A DNA stretch of 64,000 nucleotides from Clostridia bacterium. GTDB taxonomy: Bacteria; Bacillota; Clostridia; UMGS1840. The translations under genes and the position numbers were made by a program. Each line of letters opens with the position of its first letter. Position 1 is the stretch's first letter. Under the pieces are notes generated by a model. That model saw only the letters and a list, made by a program, of their open reading frames with translations, made no database searches and had not been told where the DNA came from. The DNA lies in assembly GCA_045540295.1 (NCBI GenBank), contig JAZQGY010000011.1, positions 610-64,609 on the forward strand, in the 5' to 3' direction. Positions 38,828-49,337 of this stretch are shown here, piece by piece.

Positions 38828-39532
38828 TTAAAAGGATAAATTCGGAATCAGCGTTGCAATATAATAAATAACGGGCGCAAAGACGATGGCGGGTAAAAAA
38901 TCTGCTACTTTGATTTTGGTAATACCCATCAGGTTGGTTCCAATCATCATAATGAGAATGGAACCAACACAAGTCATTTCGTTAATGGCGCCTGCGGTCA
39001 TAGCAGGAGCAAGAAGTCCGGCTAACAGAACCAGCCCGCCTTGAATCAAAAATACCGAAGCCGATGCCAACATCACCCCAAAGCCCAGGCTTGCAGCCAG
39101 CATCATGGAGGACACAAAGTCCAGGGTTGCTTTGGTAAACAGAATGGAATTATCTCCAATCAGTCCTGCTTGAAGGGAGCCGGTTACCGTCATAGAACCA
39201 ACGCAGAATAAAAGGGTAGCCGAGACCAGTCCTTCTGCAATGGAAACTTTTTGATTTTCTTTTTTGAGTTTTACTTCCGCATAGTTTGCCAGACGGTTAA
39301 TAGCACCGTCAATATTCAGTAAGCTGCCAGTTACGGTTCCTAATACCACCGATGCAATCACAACCAATACATTCTGACCGCATAAGCTTCCCGATATCCC
39401 GATGTAAAGGGTGCAGGCACCCAATCCAATCATTGTGGCAGAGCTTATCCGTTCTGGGATTCCTTTTTGAAACAGTAATCCAATACCGGAACCAAGTAGC
39501 ACCGTTATCACATTGACAAGTACACCTAACAT
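38828..39532 (-). CDS. DUF554 family membrane protein
   Basis: GVLVNV, LLFCVGSM, K..LD, IKVADFLPA. Confidence 0.88.
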   Translation of the reverse strand: MLGVLVNVITVLLGSGIGLLFQKGIPERISSATMIGLGACTLYIGISGSLCGQNVLVVIASVVLGTVTGSLLNIDGAINRLANYAEVKLKKENQKVSIAEGLVSATLLFCVGSMTVTGSLQAGLIGDNSILFTKATLDFVSSMMLAASLGFGVMLASASVFLIQGGLVLLAGLLAPAMTAGAINEMTCVGSILIMMIGTNLMGITKIKVADFLPAIVFAPVIYYIATLIPNLSF

Positions 39533-39651
39533 TTTTATTTCCTCCGAGACTTGCTTTTTCCTTTGATATAGTATATAATAAATTTAGCCATTAGTCAAGC
39601 AGATGATTTTGATATTTGTTATCGAAAAAACAAATCCTGGAGGCGTTTTAC

Positions 39652-40542
39652 ATGGAATTACGGAACCTAATCACCTTTATTCATGTTGCAGAGCTTGGAA
39701 GCTTTACCAAAGCTGCAGAACAGCTGGGTTATTCCCAGTCCACCATTTCTTTTCAAATTAAGCAGCTGGAAGAAGAGCTTGGTTGCCTGCTGTTTGAAAG
39801 AATCAATCACACCATTACCTTAACCAAACGTGGACACGAGCTGGTTACCTATGCCCATCAGATTCGAGCATTAACTGAGGAATTTAAAGAAAACCTGGAA
39901 GATGAAACCGAGTGCCACGATCACATTCATATTGTAACGCCTGATTCTGTGTGTGATGATATGATTAGCCGTAACTACATAGATTTTCATCATAAATACC
40001 CCAGCATTTCCGTAAAATTCACTACAGCAGATACAGCTGTGATGTTTGATATGCTGGACCATAACGAAGCCGACCTCATTATCACGCTGGACAGTCACTC
40101 CTATCATAAAGATTATGTAATTGCAAAAGAAGAACCTCTTTCCATGCATTTTGTGGCAAATCGGAAATCCAAGTTTGCAGGTGCCAAGAATTTATCTGTT
40201 TGTGATATTATCAAAGAACCTTTTGTACTAACAGAATACGGACAAGGCTACCGAAGAGTTTTTGATAAAGAACTGGCAAAAAAATCACTGGAAATCACTC
40301 CGATTCTGGAAATCGGAAGAACAGATATGATTACCTCACTGGTTGCTCAGGGAGACATTCTGTCCTTTCTGCCCGATTTTGTTACAGAAGAACCGGTTCG
40401 TGCAGGAGATTTATGTTATCTGGATGTATGCGATTTAAATATCGAAATATGGAAGCAGCTGATTTATCATAAAAATAAGTGGATGTCAAAAGGACTAAAG
40501 ACCGTAATTAACTATATTATTGCAAAGGATTTTTCAAATTAG
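39652..40542 (+). CDS. LysR family regulator, divergent from DUF554 gene
   Basis: GSFTKAAEQLGYSQSTISFQIKQLEEELGCLLFER; start ATG 39652. Confidence 0.93.
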   Translation: MELRNLITFIHVAELGSFTKAAEQLGYSQSTISFQIKQLEEELGCLLFERINHTITLTKRGHELVTYAHQIRALTEEFKENLEDETECHDHIHIVTPDSVCDDMISRNYIDFHHKYPSISVKFTTADTAVMFDMLDHNEADLIITLDSHSYHKDYVIAKEEPLSMHFVANRKSKFAGAKNLSVCDIIKEPFVLTEYGQGYRRVFDKELAKKSLEITPILEIGRTDMITSLVAQGDILSFLPDFVTEEPVRAGDLCYLDVCDLNIEIWKQLIYHKNKWMSKGLKTVINYIIAKDFSN

Positions 40543-40554
40543 ATTGATTTGTAA

Positions 40555-40586
40555 GAAAAAAGCACCGGATTTTCCGGTGCTTTTTC
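40555..40586. terminator. Bidirectional terminator
   Basis: AAAAAGCACCGGA / TCCGGTGCTTTTT. Confidence 0.85.
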
Positions 40587-40657
40587 TATTGTGTATACAA
40601 CAAGGTTCCGGGGCACCCGACCGCAATCTTTGATTGCGTTATCGGGTCGGGTTCTTA

Positions 40658-41017
40658 TTATTTTTCCTTTGGAGAGAAAATGAGCGAAAATATCAAGCCG
40701 AAGAAAATTGCGGCAGAAATTCCTGCAGCACAAGCGGTCATACCGCCTGAGATGACACCTAAGAATCCCTTTTCTGAAATTCCTTTCATCACCCCTTTTG
40801 CCAGGGCATTACCAAATCCTGTTAAAGGAACGGTTGCGCCTGCACCAAAGGTTTCTACCAATGGTTGATAGATACCTAAAAAAGTGAGGATTACCCCTGC
40901 CACCACATAGCCAACTAAAATTCTTGCAGGAGTCAGCTTGGTAAAGTCAATAAGAAGCTGTGCGATGACACATAAAAAACCACCGAACAGAAAAGCTAAC
41001 AGATAACTTGTAATCAT
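40658..41017 (-). CDS. spoVAE: Stage V sporulation protein AE
   Basis: AFLFGGFLCVIAQLLID.TKLTPA, GAGATVPLTGFG. Confidence 0.93.
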   Translation of the reverse strand: MITSYLLAFLFGGFLCVIAQLLIDFTKLTPARILVGYVVAGVILTFLGIYQPLVETFGAGATVPLTGFGNALAKGVMKGISEKGFLGVISGGMTACAAGISAAIFFGLIFSLIFSPKEK

Positions 41018-41026
41018 TTTTTTGAC

Positions 41027-42031
41027 TTACTCCTTTTCCAGTTGTACCAAATGGGCGATTCCGGGGATGGATTCTCCTTGCAAGGCACTGGTGGGAGACA
41101 TTAACGCTCCCGTTGCCATAAATAAGATTTTTCGCCACTTTCCTTGGTTTAGTTGTTTTAACAGATAAGAATTCAACACGGAGGCACTGCATCCGCATCC
41201 TGAACCACCGGCATGAGCATCCTGTTCCTGTGAGAAAATTAAGTCGCCGCAATCCTCCAAATTCTGTGCAGAATAACCGTTTTGAAACAGTAGCTCCCGG
41301 AGCAGGTCTTTGCCGATACTTCCTAAGTCACCTGTTACAATTAAGTCGTAATTCCAGGGTGTGGTATCGGTATCCTGAAAGAATGAACAAAGGGTATCGC
41401 AGGCGGCAGGAGCCATTGCCGCTCCCATGTTATTTAAGTCCTTGATGCCTGCATCAATTACTTTTCCTACACAGCCACGGGTAATGCGGATTCCCGTGCC
41501 TTTTTGGGAGAGAACGGTGGCACCGGAACCCGTTACTGTCCATTGGGAGGACTGAGGTCTTTGACCGCCATATTCCAACGGAAAACGAAATTGCCGTTCT
41601 GCTGAACAAAAGTGACTGGAGGTAGCGCAGAGCACGTGTTTTCCGAAACCTCCGTCTATACTCATTGCTCCCATAATCAGACTTTCTGCCATGGTGGAGC
41701 AGGCACCGTAGAGTCCTAAAAAAGGAACACCCAGCGTGCGGAGTGTGTAGTTCGTGGCGATACATTGATTTAATAAGTCGCCGCCAAAACAGATAGATAC
41801 TTCATTTGCTGAAATTTGAGCCATTTCTATAGCCCCCTTGGTGGACAACTCAATTAGTTTGCTTTCTGCTTTCTCCCAGCTATCTTCTCCGAAATGTCCT
41901 TCGCCGATGGTTAAATCAAACCATTTTCCCAAGGGACCTTCCCATTCTTTTTTGCCTACCACCGAATAAAAACCCGTAACAGCAGGTTTACTCGGGAAAA
42001 AAAGGGTAGAGGTTCCGATTCGTTTTGTCAT
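41027..42031 (-). CDS. spoVAD: Stage V sporulation protein AD
   Basis: GDLLNQ, YGACST, AERQFRFPLEYG, GGSGCGCS, ESIPGIAH. Confidence 0.95.
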   Translation of the reverse strand: MTKRIGTSTLFFPSKPAVTGFYSVVGKKEWEGPLGKWFDLTIGEGHFGEDSWEKAESKLIELSTKGAIEMAQISANEVSICFGGDLLNQCIATNYTLRTLGVPFLGLYGACSTMAESLIMGAMSIDGGFGKHVLCATSSHFCSAERQFRFPLEYGGQRPQSSQWTVTGSGATVLSQKGTGIRITRGCVGKVIDAGIKDLNNMGAAMAPAACDTLCSFFQDTDTTPWNYDLIVTGDLGSIGKDLLRELLFQNGYSAQNLEDCGDLIFSQEQDAHAGGSGCGCSASVLNSYLLKQLNQGKWRKILFMATGALMSPTSALQGESIPGIAHLVQLEKE

Positions 42032-42032
42032 A

Positions 42033-42479
42033 TTACATACCGCCTTTTGTGAAAAAGTAAATCAGTCCGCAGATGATGGAGGAGGAGATTCCGTACACAA
42101 TTACAGGACCTGCAATCACAAACATTTTGGCACCAAGTCCCAGCACAAACCCTTCGGTTTTAAATTCCATTGCAGGGGAAATCATAGCGTTGGCAAAGCC
42201 TGTAATGGGGACCAAAGTTCCGGCTCCTGCCCGTTTTGCCAGCTTGTCGAACAACCCAAGGCCGGTGAATAAACCGCTAAGAAAAATTAATGAAATCGAG
42301 GTGATACATCCTGCATCCTCCTGGGAAATTCCCATATTTTTGGCGGTATTCATAATCACTTGCCCTAATACACAAATGGCACCACCCACGAAAAACGCCC
42401 AAATGATATTTTTAAGCCAAGGGCTTTTTCCCAGTTCGGAAACCATTTTTTGATATTCATTTTGATTGATTTTTTTCAT
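42033..42479 (-). CDS. spoVAC: Stage V sporulation protein AC
   Basis: AGAGTLVPITGFAN, EFKTEG, MFVIAGPVIVYG. Confidence 0.95.
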   Translation of the reverse strand: MKKINQNEYQKMVSELGKSPWLKNIIWAFFVGGAICVLGQVIMNTAKNMGISQEDAGCITSISLIFLSGLFTGLGLFDKLAKRAGAGTLVPITGFANAMISPAMEFKTEGFVLGLGAKMFVIAGPVIVYGISSSIICGLIYFFTKGGM

Positions 42480-42500
42480 TTTTTCACTCCTCGATACTTA

Positions 42501-42529
42501 TAGTTTTTGTAAAACAGTAATTGCTATTC
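42501..42529 (-). promoter_or_regulatory. Candidate sigmaG promoter of spoVAC-D-E
   Basis: Minus strand GAATA-N17-AAAACTA; spoVA operons are established sigmaG targets. Confidence 0.55.
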
Positions 42530-42598
42530 TGTCACATTTTTCTAAAAAACCAATAAAATGGTAATGACTGAAAAAGCCGAAAAAAAGGAGGATTTTTT

Positions 42599-42970
42599 AT
42601 GAGATGGATGCGACGGGGATTTCGTCGTGGTACTTATTTAAAACCAAGAAAAACAAAAAAAGAAACAAGCAGGGAAGTAAGCGAATATAAAAAAACGCTC
42701 CCCAACACATGGGAAGCGTTTTATGAAAGCATTTTGCCAATGATTCGTCCGAACTATCAAGGAACTATGACAGGCCTTTCGGGCATATATCAAAAATTTT
42801 CTAAAACAGAACAAAAAAATCTGACCGACAAACTTGCAGGTCAGATTCTCTTTGCACATTCAGATGTGGTCAGTGATATTTTAGAACGGTTATCCAAATT
42901 ATCCTTGGATTTATCCCAACAAACGGAAGTGGCGTATCGCCGTCTTCGTTTGGTTGACCGTTTTTTTTAG
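42599..42970 (+). CDS. Hypothetical basic protein
   Basis: Strong AAGGAGG RBS; fills the gap between spoVAC and recO; family not recognised. Confidence 0.6.
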   Translation: MRWMRRGFRRGTYLKPRKTKKETSREVSEYKKTLPNTWEAFYESILPMIRPNYQGTMTGLSGIYQKFSKTEQKNLTDKLAGQILFAHSDVVSDILERLSKLSLDLSQQTEVAYRRLRLVDRFF

Positions 42971-42985
42971 TCTCTTTTGTATCAT

Positions 42986-43747
42986 TTAATCTGCCATCAT
43001 TACTTTTTTGTAGTAACTAAGGGTTTTTGGATGAAAATCGCTTTGTGCCAGGAAGTATTTTTCGCACGCATTGGCAAATTCTTCTCGTGCTTCGGGGGAT
43101 AAATCAAATGCCAAAAAGCTTTTAATATCTGCATCTAAAATATAGTTGATGGCAGAAAAAGTAGGCATGGAAATCTTTAGAATATTCCGTTCTTCGCCGG
43201 GAGAACAATCTTTACATAAAATACCGCCGTTTAATACATCAAAATAGCAGAATTTTTCACTTTCCAATTCAGCTCCACATTCCATACATTCAAACACATG
43301 GGGGGTAAAGCCCTCAATGTCGGAAACCTTCAGCTCGTAAGCACCTTTGATTAAAGAGGCATCTTTTTTTCCTTGATTTAGGGCGAATAAGGTGTTTAGC
43401 GTTAAACGAAGAAGCGGTTCGTTGGGTTGGTTATCCATGGCGATATTTCCCAAAACATCTAAGATATAAAATCCTAGCGCTAAATTGGTAAGGCTGTTTT
43501 TGATATCTAAAAACGAATGAATCATTGTAGCTTCCCGAAGATTTAAGGATTCGCCTTTTTGAGAGAAGGTGAATTCTGAATATAAAAAGGGCTTTGCTCC
43601 GGATAATTCTTTTCGTTTTAAACTTTTGATGCCGGATGCTTTCGCATGAACAAGTCCATAGGAATCGGTCATCACGGTAAGCATTTTGTCTGCTTCGTTA
43701 AAATCAGTTTCCTTGACGATTAAGCCTTTTGCAGTAATAAAATCCAT
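42986..43747 (-). CDS. recO: DNA repair protein RecO
   Basis: EADKMLT, AKASGIK region, CMECG..GGILCKDC zinc site. Confidence 0.92.
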   Translation of the reverse strand: MDFITAKGLIVKETDFNEADKMLTVMTDSYGLVHAKASGIKSLKRKELSGAKPFLYSEFTFSQKGESLNLREATMIHSFLDIKNSLTNLALGFYILDVLGNIAMDNQPNEPLLRLTLNTLFALNQGKKDASLIKGAYELKVSDIEGFTPHVFECMECGAELESEKFCYFDVLNGGILCKDCSPGEERNILKISMPTFSAINYILDADIKSFLAFDLSPEAREEFANACEKYFLAQSDFHPKTLSYYKKVMMAD

Positions 43748-43756
43748 AGCGGTTCC

Positions 43757-44368
43757 TTACTTTTCTTTCTTTTTAAAAGAAATTTTATTTTCGGTATGAT
43801 TCCAAAGACGTTTTAAATTTTCATGGTGACGGATATACATAGAAACGGTTAAGATTACCAGCAGCACCAATTTCAGCGGACTGGGGTCAAAAATTGCAAA
43901 GAAAATGATGGAGGAGGTACTTCCTGCCAGAGAACCGACAGAAACATAGCCGGTAATGGCAATCATTCCAACACCAACCAAAAGCACGTAAAGCCCTAAG
44001 AGAGGATTTAAGCAGAAGCAGGCACCCAGGGAGGTGGCAACGCCCTTTCCGCCTTTAAAGCCGAAGAATACAGGGAAGTTGTGACCTACCACAGCGGTTG
44101 CCGCTGCAATGTAGGAAAAAGAAATGTTGTGGGTAATCAAAAAGACCAGCCAGTAGGCAATCACAGCTTTAAAGGTGTCTAAAAGCAACACAAAAATAGC
44201 AGGTGCTTTTCCCAGGGTACGCAAAGTATTGGTGGTTCCTGCGTTTTTGCTGCCGTGTTCACGGACATCAACTTTGTAAAACAGTTTTCCGATAATAATG
44301 GAAAAGTTTAAGCTTCCCAGCAAATAGCCCAAAATGGCAAAAAGGATATAATACACAAATTCCAGCAT
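43757..44368 (-). CDS. plsY: Glycerol-3-phosphate acyltransferase
   Basis: GSKNAGTTNTLR, FKGGKGVAT, RHHENLKRL. Confidence 0.94.
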   Translation of the reverse strand: MLEFVYYILFAILGYLLGSLNFSIIIGKLFYKVDVREHGSKNAGTTNTLRTLGKAPAIFVLLLDTFKAVIAYWLVFLITHNISFSYIAAATAVVGHNFPVFFGFKGGKGVATSLGACFCLNPLLGLYVLLVGVGMIAITGYVSVGSLAGSTSSIIFFAIFDPSPLKLVLLVILTVSMYIRHHENLKRLWNHTENKISFKKKEK

Positions 44369-44383
44369 GGTAGTTCCTCCTGA

Positions 44384-45715
44384 TTAGAGTTTTTTCTTTT
44401 CGTTTCGTTCACGGATATAGAATTTGATGGGAGTCCCCGTAAAATCAAATGCGTTTCTTAGTTGATTTTCTAAGTACCGTTCGTAAGAAAAGTGCATCAG
44501 ACGTGTATCGTTTACAAAAATGACAAACTGAGGGGGATTTGCGGCAGATTGCACCGCATATAAGATTTTTAATCTTCTTCCTTTATCTGTGGGCGGCTGA
44601 ACCCGTGCAGTGGCATCGGCAATTAAGTCGTTTAACATACCGGTGGTCACACGGCGGTTTCTGTTCTCATTGACGGTTTTTAACATGGGGAAGATGGTGT
44701 CAATTCTCTGTCCGGTTTTTGCAGAGATAAACAGGGCAGGAGCATACATCATATAGGAGAAGCCTTCTTTGATTTCAAGCTTCATTCTGTCCATCGTTTT
44801 ATCGTCTTTTTCAATGATATCCCACTTGTTTACCACAAAGATGGAGGCTTTTCCTTCGTTGTGGGCATAGCCTGCAATCTTGGTGTCCTGCTCGGTAACC
44901 CCTTCGGTGCCGTCTAACATGATAAGGCAAATGTCTGCCCTTTCAATGGCTGCGTAGGAACGAAGCACAGAGTATTTTTCCACTGCTTCGCTGACCTTGC
45001 TTTTTCTGCGGATGCCGGCGGTATCAATAAACAGATATTTCTGACCGTCTTTTTCCACATAGGTATCAATGGCATCACGGGTAGTACCTGGCACATTGCT
45101 CACAATCAGACGTTCTTCCCCAAGCAGACGGTTAATCAAAGAGGATTTACCGGCATTGGGTTTCCCGATGACCGCAATTTTTAACACATCGTCATCTTCT
45201 TGGGTGTCAGCTTCCTGGGGGAATCCTTCAGCAACCATATCCAAAAGGTCGCCAATCCCCATTCCTTGAATAGCAGAAATAGCAATGGGATCACCTAATC
45301 CTAAGTTATAGAATTCATAGAATTCCATAGGCGGTTCTCCGGGGGTATCACATTTGTTACAAGCCAACACAATAGGTTTTCCAGAACGCATCAGCATTGC
45401 CGCAACTTCCCGGTCGGTTGCAGTCACCCCTGCACGGACATCGGTTAAGAAAATTAACACATCTGCGGTTTCAATTGCCGCTTCTGCCTGACGTTTCATC
45501 ATTGCGGTGATTTCGTCTGCAGAATCGGGTTCGATACCTCCGGTGTCAATTAATAGGAACGACTTGGAGAGCCATTCCGCCTCGGAAATAATTCTGTCAC
45601 GGGTAACACCGGGAGTATCTTCCACAATAGAGATTCTTTTTCCGGTAATACGGTTAAATAACTGGGATTTCCCAACATTGGGGCGTCCCACAATTGCAAC
45701 AATCGGTTTTGCCAT
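44384..45715 (-). CDS. der: Ribosome biogenesis GTPase Der/EngA
   Basis: Two G-domains (GRPNVGKS, GKPNAGKSS), YERYLENQLR. Confidence 0.97.
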   Translation of the reverse strand: MAKPIVAIVGRPNVGKSQLFNRITGKRISIVEDTPGVTRDRIISEAEWLSKSFLLIDTGGIEPDSADEITAMMKRQAEAAIETADVLIFLTDVRAGVTATDREVAAMLMRSGKPIVLACNKCDTPGEPPMEFYEFYNLGLGDPIAISAIQGMGIGDLLDMVAEGFPQEADTQEDDDVLKIAVIGKPNAGKSSLINRLLGEERLIVSNVPGTTRDAIDTYVEKDGQKYLFIDTAGIRRKSKVSEAVEKYSVLRSYAAIERADICLIMLDGTEGVTEQDTKIAGYAHNEGKASIFVVNKWDIIEKDDKTMDRMKLEIKEGFSYMMYAPALFISAKTGQRIDTIFPMLKTVNENRNRRVTTGMLNDLIADATARVQPPTDKGRRLKILYAVQSAANPPQFVIFVNDTRLMHFSYERYLENQLRNAFDFTGTPIKFYIRERNEKKKL

Positions 45716-45742
45716 AGGTTATTACCTCCTTTTATGGGGTTC

Positions 45743-47020
45743 TTACAAACAGAGTGCATCCAAAAAGCTTTTGCCGTCATTCTCGTTTAAAATGACTTCG
45801 CAGGAAAGTGCTTTTTCGATATCGGAAACGGTTTTATCGTCTAAGGTCAGGTCTCCTTCTGCTCTTAGTATGCAGGAGGGGAGTACCAAAAATTCCATTT
45901 TTTTGTTCTTTAGCTGCTCAATGATATCGGTGGCGGTGAGTAAGCCTGCCACGGTAATTTTTTCGCCAAAAAATTTGTTTTCTATGGGAATTACTTCAGT
46001 ATTGGTACCAAATTTTTCATCAAATCGCTTTACTAATTTTGAAAGAGTGGGGAACGCCGCCTGAGAGGTGGCAACCACTTTTTTGCGGACAGGCTTAGGT
46101 TTTCGGTTGGCAAAGGATAGGTTAAATTCCTTCACAAAGGAAGATAACAGCCCAACACCGTTTTCAATCTGGGGAAAATCATCGTAGTATGCCGCAGGTG
46201 GCAGATTGATTTCGCCTTTCACAAAAAACTCATCAGCAGGATACACAAACCGGGTACCAATTTCCCGATAGGCACGGTTTGAAATCTTGTGAATCTGGTG
46301 AATAATGTTTTTGCAATCCTCTTTGGTAAACGGCTCAATCTGGGTTAACCCATCCCGGAATTTTGTTAAACCGATCGGCACAACAGACACGCTGTTCACT
46401 TCGGCTTCGTACAGGTCGGTTAAGGATTTTGTTAATTCTTCACCGTCATTGTAGCCTTTGCAAAGCACAATCTGTGCGTTTACGGTAATGCCGTTTTCCA
46501 CCAGATAATTGATTTTTTCCAAAATACCACCTGCGTTTTTATTGTGTAGCATTTTCACTCTGAGTTCGTCGTTGGTGGTATGCACCGAAATGTTCACGGG
46601 AGAAAGACGCATCCTTACGATATTTTCAATTTCTTCCTCTTTCATATTGGTTAAGGTGACATAGTTTCCCGTTAAAAAGGAAAGGCGGGAATCGTCATCT
46701 TTAAAATACAAAGGCTTTCGCATTCCTTTGGGAAGCTGGTCAATAAAACAGAAAATGCATTTGTTCCGGCAGCTTTTTGGATTTTCAATAAAGGGTCTTT
46801 CATTGATAATACCCAAATCTTCGTAGTGATTTTCCACGGTGACTCTTTTTTGTTCCTGATTTCTTACAAAGGCAATTTCCAATCGTTCGTTACAGATTAA
46901 AAAACCGTACAGCAAACCGTCGGTTACTTCTTCGCCGTTGATATGAGTAATCACATCACCGGGAAGAATACCCGCTTTTTCTGCCAGACTATTTTCTTTT
47001 ACTCCGTCTACGTAATACAT
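45743..47020 (-). CDS. PDZ + radical-SAM-like DUF512 protein
   Basis: PDZ N-terminus, CRNKCIFCFIDQLP, KDDDSRLSFL, QIENGVG; upstream of der. Confidence 0.9.
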   Translation of the reverse strand: MYYVDGVKENSLAEKAGILPGDVITHINGEEVTDGLLYGFLICNERLEIAFVRNQEQKRVTVENHYEDLGIINERPFIENPKSCRNKCIFCFIDQLPKGMRKPLYFKDDDSRLSFLTGNYVTLTNMKEEEIENIVRMRLSPVNISVHTTNDELRVKMLHNKNAGGILEKINYLVENGITVNAQIVLCKGYNDGEELTKSLTDLYEAEVNSVSVVPIGLTKFRDGLTQIEPFTKEDCKNIIHQIHKISNRAYREIGTRFVYPADEFFVKGEINLPPAAYYDDFPQIENGVGLLSSFVKEFNLSFANRKPKPVRKKVVATSQAAFPTLSKLVKRFDEKFGTNTEVIPIENKFFGEKITVAGLLTATDIIEQLKNKKMEFLVLPSCILRAEGDLTLDDKTVSDIEKALSCEVILNENDGKSFLDALCL

Positions 47021-47143
47021 AAAACTACCTCTGTTTTCTTATCATTGGAGGATTTCATTTGCACAAGATTTTGGTTTCAAAATCGCATCAAAACAAAATC
47101 CTAAGTAATTACACATGAAAAATGCAGATCATCAAAAAGTTTT

Positions 47144-47176
47144 AAAAAAAGCGGGGAGCAATTAAGCACCCCGCTT
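47144..47176 (-). terminator. Terminator after rpmF
   Basis: Minus strand AAGCGGGG..CCCCGCTT plus T-run. Confidence 0.8.
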
Positions 47177-47190
47177 CTTATAAGGCATAA

Positions 47191-47367
47191 TTAATCCATT
47201 TTGATTACTTCTTTACCTTTATAAAAACCGCAAGATTTACATACTCTGTGCGGCAGTGTCAGTTCCTGACAGTTGGGACATTTTACAAGACCCGGAGCGC
47301 TTAATTTCCAGTTTGCTCTTCTTTTGTTTTTTCTCGCATGAGAAACTTTTCTCTTCGGTACAGCCAT
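47191..47367 (-). CDS. rpmF: 50S ribosomal protein L32 (zinc-binding form)
   Basis: Manual translation, 58 aa, below ORF-track cutoff: [67 protein letters not shown]. Confidence 0.97.
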   Translation of the reverse strand: MAVPKRKVSHARKNKRRANWKLSAPGLVKCPNCQELTLPHRVCKSCGFYKGKEVIKMD

Positions 47368-47441
47368 GTCTTAACACCTCCTGTAGAGCTTTTTGACTCT
47401 ATAATTGAATATTTTTACAAAATTTTGAGAGTAACTGCGGA

Positions 47442-47954
47442 TTACTTTAATAATTCCTTTAATTTCAGTAATCTGGGATCAATTTCCGTGTCGTCACAGT
47501 TACATTCGGTTTCGTTGCGGTTACATCCGCAAACGGGGCAAAGACCTTTGCAATCTTTTCTACAAAGCTGTTGATCCAAGGTTACGGCAAAAATGCATTT
47601 GTAAATTGCATCAGTCAATAGCACAGTATTATGTTGATAGGGGATAAACTCGTCAGCTTCCAGCCCTGAGTCCTCCCGGGCAATGGTATCTTCCATAGGA
47701 ATAACATATTCCTTGGTGAAAGGTTCCAGGCAACGGTCACAAAGGAATCTCGCCTTAAAGGAAAGCTCGCCTTGTAAGAATAAATTGCCTGCGTGATTTG
47801 TGATTGTGCCCGTTAACGTAACTGGTGTTTCTAAGGAAGGCATATCAGAAAATTCGGAAAAAACCTCAATGGGGTATTCCTTATTGATTGAAATTTCCAT
47901 TCCTTCGGACTTCACAATAGAGGTTAAATCAATTAACAGTTCATTTTGTTCCAT
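47442..47954 (-). CDS. YceD/DUF177 family protein
   Basis: CDRCL, LCRKDCKGLCPVCG, DPRL; upstream of rpmF. Confidence 0.93.
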   Translation of the reverse strand: MEQNELLIDLTSIVKSEGMEISINKEYPIEVFSEFSDMPSLETPVTLTGTITNHAGNLFLQGELSFKARFLCDRCLEPFTKEYVIPMEDTIAREDSGLEADEFIPYQHNTVLLTDAIYKCIFAVTLDQQLCRKDCKGLCPVCGCNRNETECNCDDTEIDPRLLKLKELLK

Positions 47955-48043
47955 TATTGTTCCCTCCAATTCTCACGGTCTAAGACACCAAAAGACTGCC
48001 CAAAATATTGATAAATTACCAAAATCTCAGACAATCATATAAT

Positions 48044-48072
48044 ATAATACATAATCTTTGGTAATTTGTCAA
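48044..48072 (-). promoter_or_regulatory. SigmaA promoter of yceD-rpmF
   Basis: Minus strand TTGACA-N17-TATTAT. Confidence 0.6.
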
Positions 48073-48111
48073 GCATTTTTTCGAATTTTTCGGAAAAATA
48101 TCAGGGATTTT

Positions 48112-49293
48112 TTATACTAATTTTTCGGTTTCCAACGCGATCATCAGTTCTTCGTTGGTGGGGATTACCAAGGTCTTAACGGTTGCATCGTCAGCGGTGA
48201 TATCCACGGTGCCGCGGGTGTTGTTTTTATCCTTATTGATTTTAATACCCATAAAGCCTAAGTTTCCTGCAACTTTTTCTCTTAAAGTTGCGTCGTTTTC
48301 GCCGATACCTGCGGTGAATACCACAGCGTCAATGCCACCCATAGCAGCAGCATAGGTACCGATGTATTTCTGTACGCCGTATGCGAAAATGTCTAAAGCA
48401 ACCTGTGCTTTTTCGTCGCCTTTATCAGCAGCGTCGGACAGGTCTCTGAAGTCGGAGGAGATTTCAGATAAACCTAATGCACCGGATTCTTTATTTAAGA
48501 TGTTTACCACTTCTTTTGCGGTTTTGTTTTCTTTGTTTGCAATAAATTCTACGATTGCCGGATCGATGTCACCGGAGCGGGTACCCATCATAATACCTGC
48601 TAAGGGAGTAAAGCCCATGGAGGTGTCCACAGATTTTCCGCCGTCAACTGCAGAGATGGAGGAACCGTTTCCTAAGTGACAGGTCACGATTTTTAATTCC
48701 TCAATGGGTTTGCCAAGCAGTTCAGCAGCCTTCATGCTGACATATTTATGGCTGGTACCGTGGAAGCCGTATCTTCTGATTTTGTAGTTTTCGTAGTATT
48801 TGTAGGGAATGGGATACAGATATGCTTTCTTGGGCATGGTCTGATGGAATGCGGTATCAAATACACCAACCTGGGGAACATTCGGCATAATTTTTGCGCA
48901 AGCTTCAATACCGGTGATGTTGGGAGGATTGTGTAAGGGTGCCAGTTCGATACAAGCGTTTAATGCGTTCATCACGGATTCGGTGATTAAAGCGGAACCG
49001 GAGAAAGCTTCACCGCCGTGTACCACACGGTGACCAACTGCGTTGATTTCATCCATGGATGCGATAACACCCATTTCTTTGTCGGTTAAGGAATCCAGCA
49101 CTGCCTGGATTGCATCTCCGTGATCTTTTAAGGTTAAATCCTTCTGGAATTTTTCTCCGCCTTTGGAGTGGGTTAATCTTCCGTCAATACCGATTCTTTC
49201 GCAAAGACCTTTTGCCATAACGGACTGGTCTTCCATATTGATCAGCTGATATTTTAAAGAGGAGCTACCTGCGTTGATAACTAAAATTTTCAT
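48112..49293 (-). CDS. ackA: Acetate kinase
   Basis: [36 protein letters not shown]; start ATG 49293. Confidence 0.97.
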   Translation of the reverse strand: MKILVINAGSSSLKYQLINMEDQSVMAKGLCERIGIDGRLTHSKGGEKFQKDLTLKDHGDAIQAVLDSLTDKEMGVIASMDEINAVGHRVVHGGEAFSGSALITESVMNALNACIELAPLHNPPNITGIEACAKIMPNVPQVGVFDTAFHQTMPKKAYLYPIPYKYYENYKIRRYGFHGTSHKYVSMKAAELLGKPIEELKIVTCHLGNGSSISAVDGGKSVDTSMGFTPLAGIMMGTRSGDIDPAIVEFIANKENKTAKEVVNILNKESGALGLSEISSDFRDLSDAADKGDEKAQVALDIFAYGVQKYIGTYAAAMGGIDAVVFTAGIGENDATLREKVAGNLGFMGIKINKDKNNTRGTVDITADDATVKTLVIPTNEELMIALETEKLV

Positions 49294-49337
49294 TTTTTTT
49301 AAATCCTTTCTGTTCTTAGTTGATCGAGAACAAATCA

